From assembly GCF_004010195.1 (NCBI RefSeq), contig NC_057718.1, positions 11,031,288 to 11,092,129 of the forward strand: DNA of 60,842 nt, read 5' to 3'. The position numbers were made by a program, and so were the translations under genes. Origin of the DNA: Chiloscyllium plagiosum (taxonomy: Eukaryota). Below the pieces are notes generated by a model. It made no database searches. It was given only the letters and a program-made list of their open reading frames with translations, and had not been told where the DNA came from. Positions 1 to 13,150 of this stretch are shown here, piece by piece. The number at the start of each line of letters is the position of its first letter. Position 1 is the first letter of the stretch.

Positions 1-59
1 AGCTCCGCCCTCTCCCTGCCTCCCAGCTCCGCCCTCTCCCTCCCTCCCAGCTCCGCCCT
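1..59. repeat. 24-bp tandem repeat (AGCTCCGCCCTCTCCCTSCCTCCC, ~2.5 copies), each unit carrying a GC box
   Basis: Units start at 1, 25 and 49. Each contains CCGCCC (Sp/KLF-type site). The array probably continues left of the window. Confidence 0.85.
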
Positions 60-292
60 TCACCCGCTGTCACGTTCCTTTCGACACAGCTCCTCCTCCT
101 GACCCCTGCCCCCTCCCGCCCAGCCCAGCCCTGCCCCGCCCCGCCCCCTTCCCCGCGGCGCGGGGGGCAGTCGGAAAGTGGCGGTTGGTCGGTGTTGTGA
201 GGGGAGGGCTGAGTGACCGGCAGTGAACCCGCGACTCCTGAGCGCAGCAACTAAAGTGAGTGAGAGGGAGTTCACACACACACAGGTTATAA

Positions 293-1225
<933 letters not shown>

Positions 1226-1308
1226 TAGCTGGGGGCATGGGGGGGGAAAGGGGGCACAGTTAGGGAATCGGCTTTCTTGATCCGGTACGTGGGGTACCAG
1301 AGGGATCT

Positions 1309-1890
1309 GTGCACCGGGGCACGGGGTTGTCGGGGTGCCCTCGAGTACGGGGATGGCAGGGTGCCCTGTGTGCCCCGGGGCACGAGGTTTTCGGGGTGCT
1401 CCGGGGCACGGGGTGCCCTGGGGTACAGGGATGGCAGGGTGCCCTGTGTGCTCCAGGGCACGGGGTTGTCGGGGTGCCTTGTGTGCTCCAGGGCACGGGG
1501 TTGTCGGGGTGCCTTGAGTGCCCCGGGACACGGGGTTGTCGGGGTGCCTTGAGTGCCCCGGGACACGGGGTTGTCAGGGTGCCCTCGAGTACGGGGATGG
1601 CAGGGTGCCCTGTGTGCCCCGGGGCACGAGGTTTTCGGGGTGCTCCGGGGCACGGGGGGCCCTGTGTGCCCTGGGGTACAGGGATGGCAGGGTGCCTTGT
1701 GTGCTCCAGGGCACGGGGTTGTCGGGGTGCCCCGTGTGCCCCAGGACACGGGGTTGTCGGGGTGCCCCGTGTGCCCCGGGACACGGGGTTGTCGGGGTGC
1801 CCCGAGTGCCCCGGGACACGGGGTTGTCGGGGTGCCCCGTGTGCCCCGGGACACGGGGTTGTCGGGGTGCCCCATGTGCCCTGGGGTACG
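1309..1890. repeat. GC-rich 35-bp minisatellite with a ~244-bp higher-order duplication
   Basis: GGACACGGGG recurs at 1744, 1779, 1814 and 1849 (period 35). A variant block with TCGAGTACGGGGATGGCAGGG recurs at 1341 and 1585. Confidence 0.95.
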
Positions 1891-2529
1891 GGGCGGCCGG
1901 GGTTCTACCGGGGCACGGGACGGTCGGTGTTGCCAGTGTGTGCTGGGCATGGTGCCCCCTGATATGTTGCAAAGACATAATCCTGGTCTGGGGTACAGGA
2001 TGGTTGGTGTGGGGTCATGCTTGAAATGTGTTCATGTCATCGCAGTGCATATCTGGAACTTATTCGGTGTTTTGGTTGTGTCAGAGCGAAGGAAGATATT
2101 GTGCATCTTAAATGGTATGCAGAATGTGGTCGGGTTATTGAAGTTATAATGATGCAAGGTGAATTTGGTAAATTTGAACTATGTTGTTGCGCGTTATTTT
2201 GAATTGATAAGGAATCTTTATCATGAGTACTTGGATTTGAGCTGCGGAAGGGATCAAAAGTTGCCTACTGAAATCATTATTGTATATAGCAGTATATGTG
2301 TGAACATTGGTGCCACTGTGGTTTAGTGTTGTAGATGTGTGTAGATTCTTTATTTATAATAATGCTACAAATGGTTCGGTGTCAAGCTTATGAGGGTACA
2401 GTTATTTTCTGTTATAATTGGGGTAGTGGGCAATAAATGTTTCACTCGGTCTGTTATGCTGCACATGAGCTTGCTTGCCCTAATCCTGTCGCCAGCAAAG
2501 TTTTGTTTGCTTGTCCTGTTTCTTGTCTT

Positions 2530-3120
2530 GTTGTCCAACATCAGTTTCTGATCTAAATGACATTTCCTGCCAGTCTTCTGTTGCTGAAACCCTCAACCAC
2601 ACTCTGCTTACCTCCATGTACTCATATTTCATTGCTCTCCTTTTCAACCTCTCATATTCCACCACTGATTGACTTGAACTCATTCAAACTCTGCCAGCTC
2701 TATTTCACATGCAACACACCATCTTTAATCCCCATGGTCGCTGATGTACATTGGATCCCAAGTCCCCCAAAAGCTTCAGATTAAAATTTATTTTTCTCCT
2801 GTTAAAATCTCTTCATGGCCTCTCCCCATCTCTCCTTTGATGTTGAGGAATGTCTGTTTCTCTGACTCTGATCATTGTCAATCCCGTTTCCTATTAGCTG
2901 TTTTGCCTTCATGTGACTCTGCCATCAGTCCTGAAATCCTTCTCCATGTCTTTGCACTTCTACAGTCTGACTCTCCTCAAAACATACAGATTTGTGATCA
3001 AGCTTATAGTCACTCTTCTTATATTACTTTTTATGACTTGGCATCAATGTTATTTGGTTACGTTTCCTCAGAACATCTTATAATATTCAAGACACTGCAT
3101 AAATGCAATTTATTTTTGAT
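2530..3120 (+). mobile_element. Degenerate L2-clade LINE 3' fragment
   Basis: Translates AETLNHTLLTSMYSYFIALL...LELIQ...VADVHWIP, resembling the L2 ORF2 C-terminus (AETLIHAFVTSRLDY...LHWLPV). Ends in a TAAATGCAA-type tail. Confidence 0.7.
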
Positions 3121-3914
3121 CTGATTTGTGCATGTTTAAAGTTTTTCCTTGAGTTGCCTGTAAATTTGTAATTTTCTATTTTACCTCTATCCACCATGAT
3201 TTATATACTGATTTATTGTTCTGCGCTAATCTCAATGTAAATTAGTGCTCCACTTTGGGGTTAATGCCTGCGTGTCTCCCCAAGACAGTGCATTGCTTTG
3301 AACTGCTGCAATGTTGTTATTGGTACTCTTGTCTTAATCCATTTTGTAATGTACCTGGGACAATTATCATCCACCTCTGAGATTCCACCCAAATACTTAA
3401 AATGGTGTGAGTGTGAGTTGGCAGCAACATTAAATGTTAAGGTTGAAGATACCAAATGGCAAATTAAAATTGGCAGTATCATGAAACTCAAGCAAATAAT
3501 AAAGCCATTTTTATTTATTTGGCAGGTCAGCAGTACATACTGGAAAAAAACATGGGTAAGATAATCTGTATCAAGTGGATAAGCTGTGCTGCTGGGGAGA
3601 GCTGACCTACCAGGAAACTTTCACTTAGATAATTGAGTAATGTGTTAAGAGTAAGGGTCAGCCTTTGGAGATATGTTTGGGAATGAAATCATGAGACAGC
3701 TAAACGTTATCTTCAGGCAATCTTACAAGATTTGAGCATTGAAAGTAAAGGAAAAACAGGGTTGTGGACAATTAGGATAAGACCATGCGACTGTCAAGAA
3801 TCTATCTTAGCCTTAAATATACAAAATGACTGCCTCACAGTGTCTGTGGCAAGGAGTTCCAAAGAGAGAACCAATTCCTTCTCATCTCAGTTTTGAATTG
3901 GCATCCCTTTATGT

Positions 3915-4065
3915 TTCAGGTCCAAAATTCTTCGTCAGTCACCGGACTTGAATGTTAACTCTGCTTTTCTCCCAAAGATACTACAAGACCTGCTGAATTT
4001 CTCCATTAATTTTTGTTTTTGTTTCAGATCTCCACCATCTGCAGTCCTTTTGTTTTATTTTCCCT
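3915..4065 (+). mobile_element. PLE terminal fragment (family C) inserted in a decayed CR1 3' end
   Basis: GTTAACTCTGC...GACCTGCTGA...TTTCAGATCTCCA.CATCTGCAGT motif shared with copies near 24900, 27920, 30900, 33500 and 51980. Confidence 0.6.
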
Positions 4066-4569
4066 GTATTCTGAGACTGATTAAGAGAGAGATTGGTGTC
4101 ACATCGGCATTGCATTCCACTGGAGCTTTTAATATATACCTTTTAGAAATGTCCTACATTTCCATTGTGATTTGAAGCTGGGCAGATTGAGGCGTTGAGT
4201 GAAAAGTAGCATGTGGTTTTGAAGTGCGTTTTGTATCTCTGCATTTTTTTTCAGTGTGTGCCAATTTGTTCTGAAGAAGCAAAGTGCTGACTTCTGCTTT
4301 GCTCTTGTGTCAGAAAATCTAAGCCATCTGTTAGCTGGATTAAACCTAGTAATTATCACCCTTCCCCCAGCTCCATTACATGAATTTGAAAATTGCAAGG
4401 AACCCCATTTTATGAACCATTAACACACCAGGCTGCAGTTTTGAATGGAGTGGCCGGCTGATGGACAGAGTGAATATTGAATACTTCTATTACAAAGTGG
4501 ACAGTTGACAGAAGTCTCATAGGGGAGAGATGCTGCTGAGGTACAGCTACCAATGCACATCAACTGCTC

Positions 4570-5060
4570 AAGTTGCTGATGGTACAAACAAGAGTAGGAA
4601 TGGCATACGGTCTATAATGTGAGAAACTGTGAATTTGTCTGTTTTCACGGAGAGGATAAAAACATATTATTTAAATAGGCAGCGATTGCAGAATTCTAAG
4701 GTGCAGACAGATCTGGTTGTACCAATGCATGAATCACGAAGTTGCTAGCAGGTACCACAAGTGATAAAGCAGGCAAATGGAATGTGGCCTTTTGCGAAGA
4801 AATGTTTTGCTGTATTTGTAGAGGGTATTGATGAAACAACATCTGGAGAACTGTGTGCAGTACTTTCTTAAGGAAAGGTTATAATTGCATCAGAAATTCA
4901 GAGAAGGTTCACTTAACTGATTCCTGGGATAAGGTGTTATCCTATGAGGAAGGGTTGGGCATGCAGGGCCTGTATCCATTAGAGTTTAGAAGAATGTGGG
5001 CTGATTTTAATGAAATAAAAGTTCCTGAAGGCACTTGATCAGGGCGGACACTGAAAAGAT
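4570..5060 (+). mobile_element. Degenerate CR1 LINE ORF2 fragment
   Basis: HLENCVQ and LSYEEGL...LYPLEFRRM motifs of the CR1 post-RT region. Confidence 0.75.
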
Positions 5061-6120
5061 GCCTTCACCATGCTGTCTACCGCACTTTGAAGAAACTATG
5101 CACCTACACCCCAAGTCTCTGTTTGGCAATAAATCCCAGGGCCCTTCCATTAACTGTACAAGTCCTACCTGGTTTGCCTTGGCAAAATGCAACACCTCAC
5201 ATTTATCCACATTGAACTCCAGCTGCCACATCTTGGCACATTTGATCACGGTCCTGTTGTACTCTGAGATAACCTCCTTCACTGTCCACTGCACCACAAA
5301 TTTTGGTGTCATCTACAGACTTAATAACCATATCTCCGATATTCATGTTGAAATCATTTACATAAATGATGAAAAGCAGTGTACCTAGCACTGATGATTG
5401 CATCACTCTGCTGGTCACAGATTTTCAGTATGAATAACAACCCTCTACCACCATCCTCTGTCATCTACCTTCAGGACAATTTTGTATGCAGTTAGCTAGC
5501 TCCCCCTGGATTCCATGTGATCTAACCTTACTAACCAGTTGACCATGCAGAACCTTGTCAAGCACCTTGCTGAAGTCAAAACAGACCAAGTCCACTGATC
5601 TGCCTTCATCAACCTTCTTTGCTACATCTTCAAAAAAACTCAAATCAAGTTAGTGAGACACAATTTCCCACACACAGCCTTGTTGACTATGCCTAATCAA
5701 TCCTTGCCTTTCCAAATGCATATCGATCCTGTCCCTCAGAACCCTTTCCAATAACTTACCCGCCACTGGTATCAGGTTCACTGGTCTATAGTTCCTGCCT
5801 TTTCCTTACAGCCTTTCTTAAATAATGGCACCACATTAGCCACCCTCTAGTCTTCCGTGGCTGTTGATGATATAGATATTTCAGCAAGGGGCCCAGAAAT
5901 CTCATCCCTAGCTTCCGCCAAAGTTTTGGCATGCACCTGATCAGGTCCCAGGCATTTATCAACCTTTATGCATTTTAAGACTGCCAACATCTCCTCTGCT
6001 GTAATATGAACACTTCTCAAGACATCACTATTTATTTCCCCAAAATCCCTGGTTTCCACGTCCTCTTCCACAGTAAATACACGTGAAATATTTGTTTAGT
6101 ATTTTACACATCTCCTGTGT
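5061..6120 (-). mobile_element. CR1 LINE ORF2 (RT) fragment, frameshifted
   Basis: ORF-track pieces: KVDKCLGPDQVH, VDLVCFDFSKVLDKVLH, SVLGTLLFIIYVND, DDTKI, WQLEFNVDKCEVLHF. Confidence 0.92.
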
Positions 6121-6214
6121 TAATCTTGAATGTTGACATAGCATCTGTTCAGTGATTAATCTTTCAAGTGCATTGTTTTTCTCATTTCTCATGAGAAATC
6201 ACTTTTTCTCATTT

Positions 6215-6343
6215 CAAAACCATGCAACACCAGGTCATAGTCCAACAGGTTTATTTGGAGGTGCTAGCTTTTGGAGCGCTGCTCATTCATCAGGTGATTT
6301 TTAACTTTGTACACCAGTCCATCACCGACATCTCCAAATCATG
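6215..6343. mobile_element. PLE terminal fragment (family B) with inverted end and decayed hammerhead motif
   Basis: CAACACCAGGT.ATAGTCCAACAGGTTTATTTGG shared with 27710-27750. The minus strand reads CAC-CTGATGA-A-TGAGC-AGC-GCTCC-AAAA-GCTA. Confidence 0.75.
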
Positions 6344-7444
6344 ACCTTTTTCTTATGCTCTTGATTTCTCTACTCTACCTCTTACAACTGTGAGTAATTC
6401 TATGTATAGGTGGGTAATTTCGACTTCATATGAAAGTACTCTTGAGAAAATTTCTGACCAGAACAATTGCATTATTTTTGACCAGAAAAAGGATGTAGAA
6501 GATGAAAGCCAAAAACCAGCACTGCTGATATGTTTTGGCTATGTTTTCTTTTACTAGGTTTGGGTTTTTTTGTTGTGAGTTAGTGGATTTTCCATGCAAA
6601 TACATGTATGCTGAGCTGAGGCCATAATATTTCACTGGTGAGGAACTAAGTCAAGATCATGGGTGGAGTTGACACCCAAGTTATGGCCAGTTGGACTGTG
6701 GGGTTGCCACTGCCAGGAGGCAGACTGGACAAGATTGCATAGGAATTGTCAAGATCGGGGTGGCAACAATGGGTAATTGGGAGAGAAGTTCAAACTTCTC
6801 AGAGAAACCTGCTTATCTCTGACTGCTTATCAGATGTAGGTCAACCACTTATCATCTCCTGATGGCACCAACTACAAAGAGATTAGATCTTGCACATTGG
6901 TGAAAGCAAGCACATTTTATTGAAACTTTGTGTATCAACAATGCAGTGTCTATGAACTCAAGATTGCCAGTCTTTTTGCAAATGTAGTGCTCAAAATCTC
7001 CATAGATATTTGTACTATAACACAAATTTAAGGCAATCTTGTCCTACAATCCTTATATAAAACAGTATACATAAACTTAATAATTCAGGAACTCCTGCAT
7101 TTCAGCTCAACAACATGGATTTTGTGCGGGGTAGATCGTGCCTTACCAACTTAAGAGTTCTTCGAGGAAGTGACCCAAGTTGATAGATGAAGAAAGGGCT
7201 GTAGATGTCATACACATGGAGTTGAGTAAGGCATTTGATAAGGTTCCCCATGGTAAACTAATAGAGAAAGTTAAGTTACATAGTGTACAGGATGTTCTAG
7301 CTAGGTGGATAAAGAACTGGTTGAGCAACAGGAGACAGGGTAATAGTTAAAGGGAGTTTCTCGAAATGGAGAAAGGTGGTGTTCCGCAGGGATCAGTGCT
7401 GGGGCCGCTGTTGTTTGTAATATACATAAATGATCTGGAAGAGG

Positions 7445-7588
7445 TAAAAATCACACAACACTAGCTTTCGGAGCATCGCTCCTTCATCACCTGATGAAAG
7501 CTCGTGCTTCCAATTAAACCTGTGGACTATAACTTGGTGTTGTGTGATTTTTAACTTTGCACACCCTAGTCCAACACCGGCAACTCCA
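7445..7588. mobile_element. 144-bp fold-back PLE family-B insertion with 13-bp TSD
   Basis: GATCTGGAAGAGG at 7432-7444 and 7589-7601. Internal inverted repeat AAAAATCACACAACAC / GTGTTGTGTGATTTTT. Confidence 0.85.
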
Positions 7589-7925
7589 GATCTGGAAGAG
7601 GGCATTGTTGGTCTGATCAGTAATTTTGCAGATGACCCAAAGATTGGTGGAGTAGCAGAAAGCATAGGGGACTGTCAAAGAATATAGGAAAATATCGATA
7701 GATTGGAGAATTGGGCGGAGAAGTTGCAGATGGAGTTCAGTCCAGGCAAATGTGAGGTGATGCATTGTGGGAAGTCTAATTCTAGAGCAAACTATACTGT
7801 CGTCGGAAGAGCCTTGGGAAAAGTTGATGAGTAGAGAGATCTGGGAGTTCAGGTCCATTGTACCCTGAAGGTGGCTGCATAGCTGGATAGAGTGGTCAAG
7901 AAGGCATATTGTATGCTTGCCTTGT

Positions 7926-8224
7926 GGGTGGCACAGTGGTTAGCACTGCTGCCTTACAGCGCCAGAGACCCGGGTTCAATTCCTGCCTCAGGCGACTGAC
8001 TGTGTGGAGTTTGCACGTTCTCCCCGTGTCTGCGTGGGTTTCCTCCGGGTGCTCCGGTTTCCTCCCACAGTCCAAAAGATGTGCAGGGTCAGGTGAATTG
8101 GCCATACTAAATTGCCCATAGTGTTAGGTAAAGGGTAAACGTAGGGGTATGGGTGGGTCGGTGTCGACTTGTTGGGCCGAAGGGCCTGTTTCCACACTGT
8201 AATCCAATCTAATCTAATCTAATC
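7926..8224 (+). mobile_element. HE1-type V-SINE (tRNA-derived)
   Basis: tRNA-like head with B box GGTTCAATTCC, V-domain TGTGTGGAGTTTGCACGTTCTCCCCGTGTCTGCGTGGGTTTCCTCCGGG, CR1-like 3' end and (TAATC)n tail. Confidence 0.92.
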
Positions 8225-8844
8225 ATCGGATTGGTACTGAGTATAAGAGCTGACATGTTAAAATTGTACAAGACTTTGGTTCAGCCGCGTTTAGAATACT
8301 GTACATTTCTGCTCGCCACATTACCAAAAGCATGTGGATGCTTTGGAGAGGGTGCAGAGAAGGTTTAAGAGGGTGTTGCCTCGTATGGAAGGTGCTAGCT
8401 ATGAAGAGAGGTTGAGTAGGTTAGGATTCTTGTCATTAGAAAAAAGGAGATTGAGGGGGGCCTGATTGAGGTCTACAAAATCATGAAGGGTATAGATAGG
8501 GTAGATAGAGATAAGCTTTTTCCCAGGGTCAGGGATTCAATAACAAGAGGTCATGCGTTCAAGGTGATAGGTGAAAACTTTAAGGGGGATATATACGGCA
8601 AGTACTTTACACAGAGGGTGGTAGGTGCCTGGAACACGTTGTCAGCAAAGATAGTAGAGACAGGCAAGGTAGGTTCATTTAAGATGCATCTGGACAGATG
8701 CGAGTAGGTGGGGAGCAGAGGGATACAGATGTTTAGGAATTAGGCAATAGGTTTAGGCAGTGGATTTGGATCAGCTCAGGTTTGGAGGGCTGACTGGCCT
8801 GTTCCTGGGCTGTAAATTTTCTTTGTTCTCCTTTGGTTGTACAG

Positions 8845-10660
8845 AATTTGAATATTGTTGGAAATAGACACATTTTGTGAATGCTTTTCTTACCTACCTT
8901 AATGGGCGCCATTCTGGACTCCTATCCACCCTTGAAATGGAGACCCTAATGAGATCCCTCTCTTTGATGCCTTGGTTAAGAAATTGTCTACTGCAAAGGT
9001 ACCTTCGCTAGTCAGAATATAAGGTGGAATTCCTACAGTTCTATGTGCAATGAAACAGACGTGCATCAGAGCCATTATATGGGGCTAATGGCTACTCTAA
9101 TCAGATCATTTCTCATTCTGCATCACAAAATTATGAATGGACCTAAGGCTGTCCTCTAAAGTGCCCACTACCTCACACAAGGCATCTCAAGCATTTGAGC
9201 AACAGATGAAGCTACTTTTTCATACTATTTACACTGGCAATATGAATGATGTTCATCACTATCTAGATGCCGTCGTCAAGCCAAAAAGATGTTCTCCCTT
9301 TCGCACAAAATAAATAATGAGGTAAACGAATTTCATCAGTGTGATGCTAGTTTTATCGACTTATTGTTCCAAATACTGGCAGATCACATTAAACAGCATA
9401 TTCCTTCATCTGTGTATGACAGACAAAATACTGAGTGTACCCAACTTGCACTTAGAACATAGAACAATACAGCACAGAACAGGCCCTTCGGCCCACGATG
9501 TTGTGCCGAACATTTGTCCTAGCTTAAGCAGCTATCCAATTGCCGCTTCAAGGTCACCAATGATTCTGACTCTGCCACTCCCACAGGCAGCGCATTCCAT
9601 GCCCCCACCACTCTCTGGGTAAAGAATCTACCCCTGACATCCCCCCTATACCTTCCACCCTTCACCTTAAATTTATGTCCCCTTGTAACACTCTGTTGTA
9701 CCAGGGGAAAAAGTCTCTGACTGTTCCCCTGATCATCTTATAAACCTCTATCAAGTCACCCCTCATCCTTCGCCGTTCCAATGAGAAAAGGCCTAGCACT
9801 CTCGACCTATCCTCGTATGACCTATTCCCCCATTCCAGGCAACATCCTGGTAAATCTCCTCTGCACCCTCTCCAAAGCTTCCACATCTTTCCTGAAGTGA
9901 GGCCACCAGAACTGCACACAGTACTCCAAATGTGGCCTAACCAAGTCCTGTACAGCTGCAACATCACCTCATGACTCTTGAATTCAATCCCTCTGCTAAT
10001 GAACGCTAATACACCATGGGCCTTCTAACAAGCTCTATCCACCTGAGTGGCAACTTTCAAAGAGCTATGAACATAGACCCCAAGATCCCTCTGCTCCTCC
10101 ACTTTACTAAGAACCCTACCGTTAATCCTGTATTCCGCGTTCTTATTTGTCCTTCCAAAATGGACAACCTCACACTTGACAGGGTCAAACTCCATCTGCC
10201 ACTCCTCAGCCCAGCTCTGCATCATATCTGCACTTGTAAAATTTTCAACACGGTTTCCATTATTAGATGTGATTTGCAATTGTGAATCACCAATTCAGGG
10301 TCACAATGTAGTGTACCTGTGGGTACTGGAGGCAGCAGGGCCCTGTACTTTGAAGACAGGAAGATTATGTAGACGCACTGCCTGTTTAAATGCAACAAAA
10401 TAAGTGACAACTAGTTCATTTCTCAAAACAGTGCCTTGATAATCAATCAGCTTCGTTTAAAATTTAATGAAGCTCGACAGCTGATTGTCAGTCTTCATTA
10501 ACTGGTGCATTCTCCGTGGCACCATCTCAACCAATCGGAATCTACTTGTCAGCCAATCAACATTCACCTTTCAAACATCTTGTGTTCTCTTTACCTTATG
10601 ATTTATCCTGCGTGTGATAGGAAATTTCTCAAGACTTTGCTGAGAAAAAGACATTTTGAT
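8845..10660 (+). mobile_element. Old Penelope-like element remnant (RT C-terminus plus GIY-YIG region), split by a CR1 insertion
   Basis: Translates FLTYLNGRHSGLLSTLEME..EIPLFDALVKK (PLE RT end) and KDVLP...EFHQCDASFI...LADHIKQHIP (GIY-YIG-like). Resumes after 10229. Confidence 0.65.
9454..10228 (-). mobile_element. Young 5'-truncated CR1 LINE with 7-bp TSD
   Basis: WAEEWQMEF.PVKCEVVHFG and FSLERRRMRGDLIEVYK. TGCACTT at 9447-9453 and 10229-10235. Very similar to the copy at 45167-46187. Confidence 0.93.
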
Positions 10661-10699
10661 AATATCTAACTTCTGTACTACTAGATCACAATGTAGATC

Positions 10700-11135
10700 A
10701 GATCTTGTTCTTTCAGTGTGTTACATATTGCATAAAGCCCCATCTTGCAGGATAATTGCATATTACCTAGTAGAAAGCACCTGTCAATACCTCATCCTAT
10801 TTTCAAATCTCCACAAGGTCTTGCTCCTCCCTATGTCTGTAATTACCTCAAACCCTCAACCCTCTGAGATATCTAATTATAATTGCTGTAGCATTGGTGT
10901 CCAGGTGTTCAGTTACTTAGTCCTCAAGCTCTTGAATTACTGCCCTACACCTTTTAACCTCATTATTCTCCTTTTAAGATATTTGTTAAAACATCTCTTT
11001 GCTGAAACTGGTCCCGACCGACCGAATATCACCTGTGTGGTATACAGCCAAACATTGTTTAATAATATTCCCATGAAGCAGCTTGAGAAGTTTCATTACC
11101 TTAAAGGTAATTTTTAATTTGAATTGTTGTTGTTA
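10700..11135 (+). mobile_element. Degenerate L2 LINE 3' end
   Basis: Tail CCCATGAAGCAGCTTGAGAAGTTTCATTACCTTAAAGG...TTGTTGTTG, similar to the tails at ~3060 and ~30690. Confidence 0.6.
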
Positions 11136-12269
11136 GCTACACAACTCTCTTACCCTGATCAATTGTACAGAAGACATTTATGTTTTTTGTTTTTATTTTA
11201 AGAAATGTAAGGCTTGGCTGTTATATCCTGGTCATCGAGTAAATTTAACAAAAATTCCATAAGACATGAAATGGGCCTATAGGACAATGTCTCCCTGCAA
11301 TAAATTGACAGGATCCCGAAATCAATTAATCATATTTTATAGATTTTAAGCATAGGAAAGTATGCGGTACTGTTTACTTTGATTCTTGGTAACTCTTACA
11401 TTCATAGAGTAAAGGACCTTTCTCGTGCCCTCCAAAGCTGTGTTTATAGATTGGAAACGTGGGGAATAGAGCATCACTGAGGTCATTAGAATTCAACTCC
11501 CCTGTCGTCAGAATATTTCTCTCTTTGTTAGCTTGCTGATGGAGGCACATTTTCTGCCTTTGTAACAGATATTTGGAAATTCCTACCTGTTTTTGTAGGC
11601 GATCGCTAAACAGTCGATGAAACAGTCAGTAATAAGTGAGGAAGGTTAATTGGCTAACCAAACAAAATACTTCATCCAGCTTCTCGCTTGAATGAGTTAC
11701 TATATAAGGCATATCAGTTGATCTAGCACAAAAGACAAACCTATTTATCAGCATCAAAAATTAAGTTTAAGCTTATTTGTGTAGAAGTTGATTTCCTTTT
11801 CTTCTGCTAAGAATTGTTGTAATCACATTGGCATTTGGCCTCAGATTTTCATTTCAAAAACAAATATTTCATTCACTTCAAATTAACACATTGAGAAGTT
11901 GCTGTGACTATGTTGCCAAGAAGGTGAAAGTGACTTTCAGACACACTCACAAGCAGCAGAGTGTGCACACTGACCAAAACATGCCATCTCAAATGAAGTG
12001 CAAAGCTGGTTTCAGCTAAATGTTGTAACATTTTGTGAACTTGTCATGTAACATGTCCTGCAGCAAGGGAATGTGGTATTTTTGAAAACCCTGAATGTTT
12101 ATGCCCTTTAGAAGATGCCGAAAACCAAATGCTCCAACAGAGCCCAGACCAACTGCCAACCAGAGCCTCAGAAGCGTGTAGCGAAATGAGTCCTCAGATT
12201 ATCAGACTGGTCACATAGTCAGCAGAAATGCGGTTTGCATGTATGCATTTAATTGGGCTAACTTAAACC

Positions 12270-13150
12270 CTACCTCTAGCAAACATTTACAAGCAACTAA
12301 TGAAACTGTTTATGGAATTAAAATGCCTCATGTTGGAGTGGAGCATTATGATTGTTCAGAGGCCACCAAAATTCAGCTTCTAGCCGTTGGACAGTGGCAA
12401 CATACAAACACCCATCAACACACACTGGCAACAAGAATGAAATGCCAGTGAAATTTGAAATGCTTAGCATCCAATCTATGGAATAGAAAGGTTTAAAAAC
12501 AGTTCCAATGAAAAACACAGGACGTGTGGAAAACAGGATTCACAGTGAATTAGGAGTTTCTATGCATGTCTGTAACAACTGTTGAGTGTGTGGTGCTGGA
12601 AAAGCACAGCAGGTCAGGCAGCATCCGAGGAGCAGGAGAATCAACGGTTCGGGCATAAGCCCTTCACGTAACAACTGTTGGAGGGATGAGCATGAGGTTG
12701 TGGATCAATTAATATGGGGAAATAAGTGGTGTGATACGTGTTCATATAACTGATGAGATCAAGAAGAACCTATGAAGAAATAATACACACACTGCTGTTA
12801 TGCCAGGGACATCAAATAGTTTAACTTTTGGATGTATTCTGGAATGAACGTTCACAGATCATGTTCATGTTGAATGGAATATGTGGACCATTAATAGATA
12901 AAATGCCTCAATGATGACTGGAAGTATGCTTTAGACTCTGCTTTCATGTTTTGTCATCAAATCTTGCGACCAGTTAATGCACAAACTGTTGTTAGATTAT
13001 TCAAAAACTGCAAGATATTCAGTTCAGTGATGGAAAGGAAGTTAGTGTTTTCAAAATGATCCCTTTGCAAAGTGTCAGCACCAGATCTGACCCAGAGCGA
13101 GATCTTTAAGATGATGTGATAGTTACACATGGATGATTATGATGTACTCA
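12270..13150 (+). mobile_element. Fossil pogo/Tigger-family DNA transposon (DDE_1 transposase remnant)
   Basis: NEMPVKFEM...KGLKTVPMKNTGRVEN (cf. DETP..FDM...KG.KTV..KTTGHEK), VMPG..LLDV.WN...DHVHVEWNMW (cf. IPGG.T..LQPLDV..NKPFK) and TVVRLFKNCKI (cf. I.KSFKKCGI). Contains stops and frameshifts. Confidence 0.75.
12585..12667 (-). mobile_element. 83-bp PLE family-A terminal insertion with 13-bp TSD
   Basis: GTAACAACTGTTG at 12572-12584 and 12668-12680. Body TGGTGCTGGAAAAGCACAGCAGGTCAGGCAGCATCC...GGGCATAAGCCCTTCA. Confidence 0.88.

Larger units (their letters stand above)
7110..8830 (+). mobile_element. 5'-truncated CR1 LINE (RT to 3' end), interrupted by a PLE fragment and a SINE
   Basis: RT motifs KAFDKVPH, VPQGSVLGPLLFVIYINDL and FADD. 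C-terminal FTQRVVGAWN. CR1-type 3' UTR GGCCTGTTCCTGGGCTGTA. Confidence 0.92.

Noticed and set aside
1309..1890. Palindromic ~35-bp repeats superficially like a CRISPR array
   Set aside because: Units are contiguous with no unique spacers, there are no cas genes, and the context is a vertebrate intron.
7926..8000. tRNA genes at SINE heads
   Set aside because: A/B boxes are present but there is no full cloverleaf; they are SINE promoters.
12750..12775. Other CTGATGA heptamers (also ~29850 and ~53571) as ribozymes or C/D boxes
   Set aside because: No stem II plus GAAA follows, and there is no convincing terminal stem or D box.
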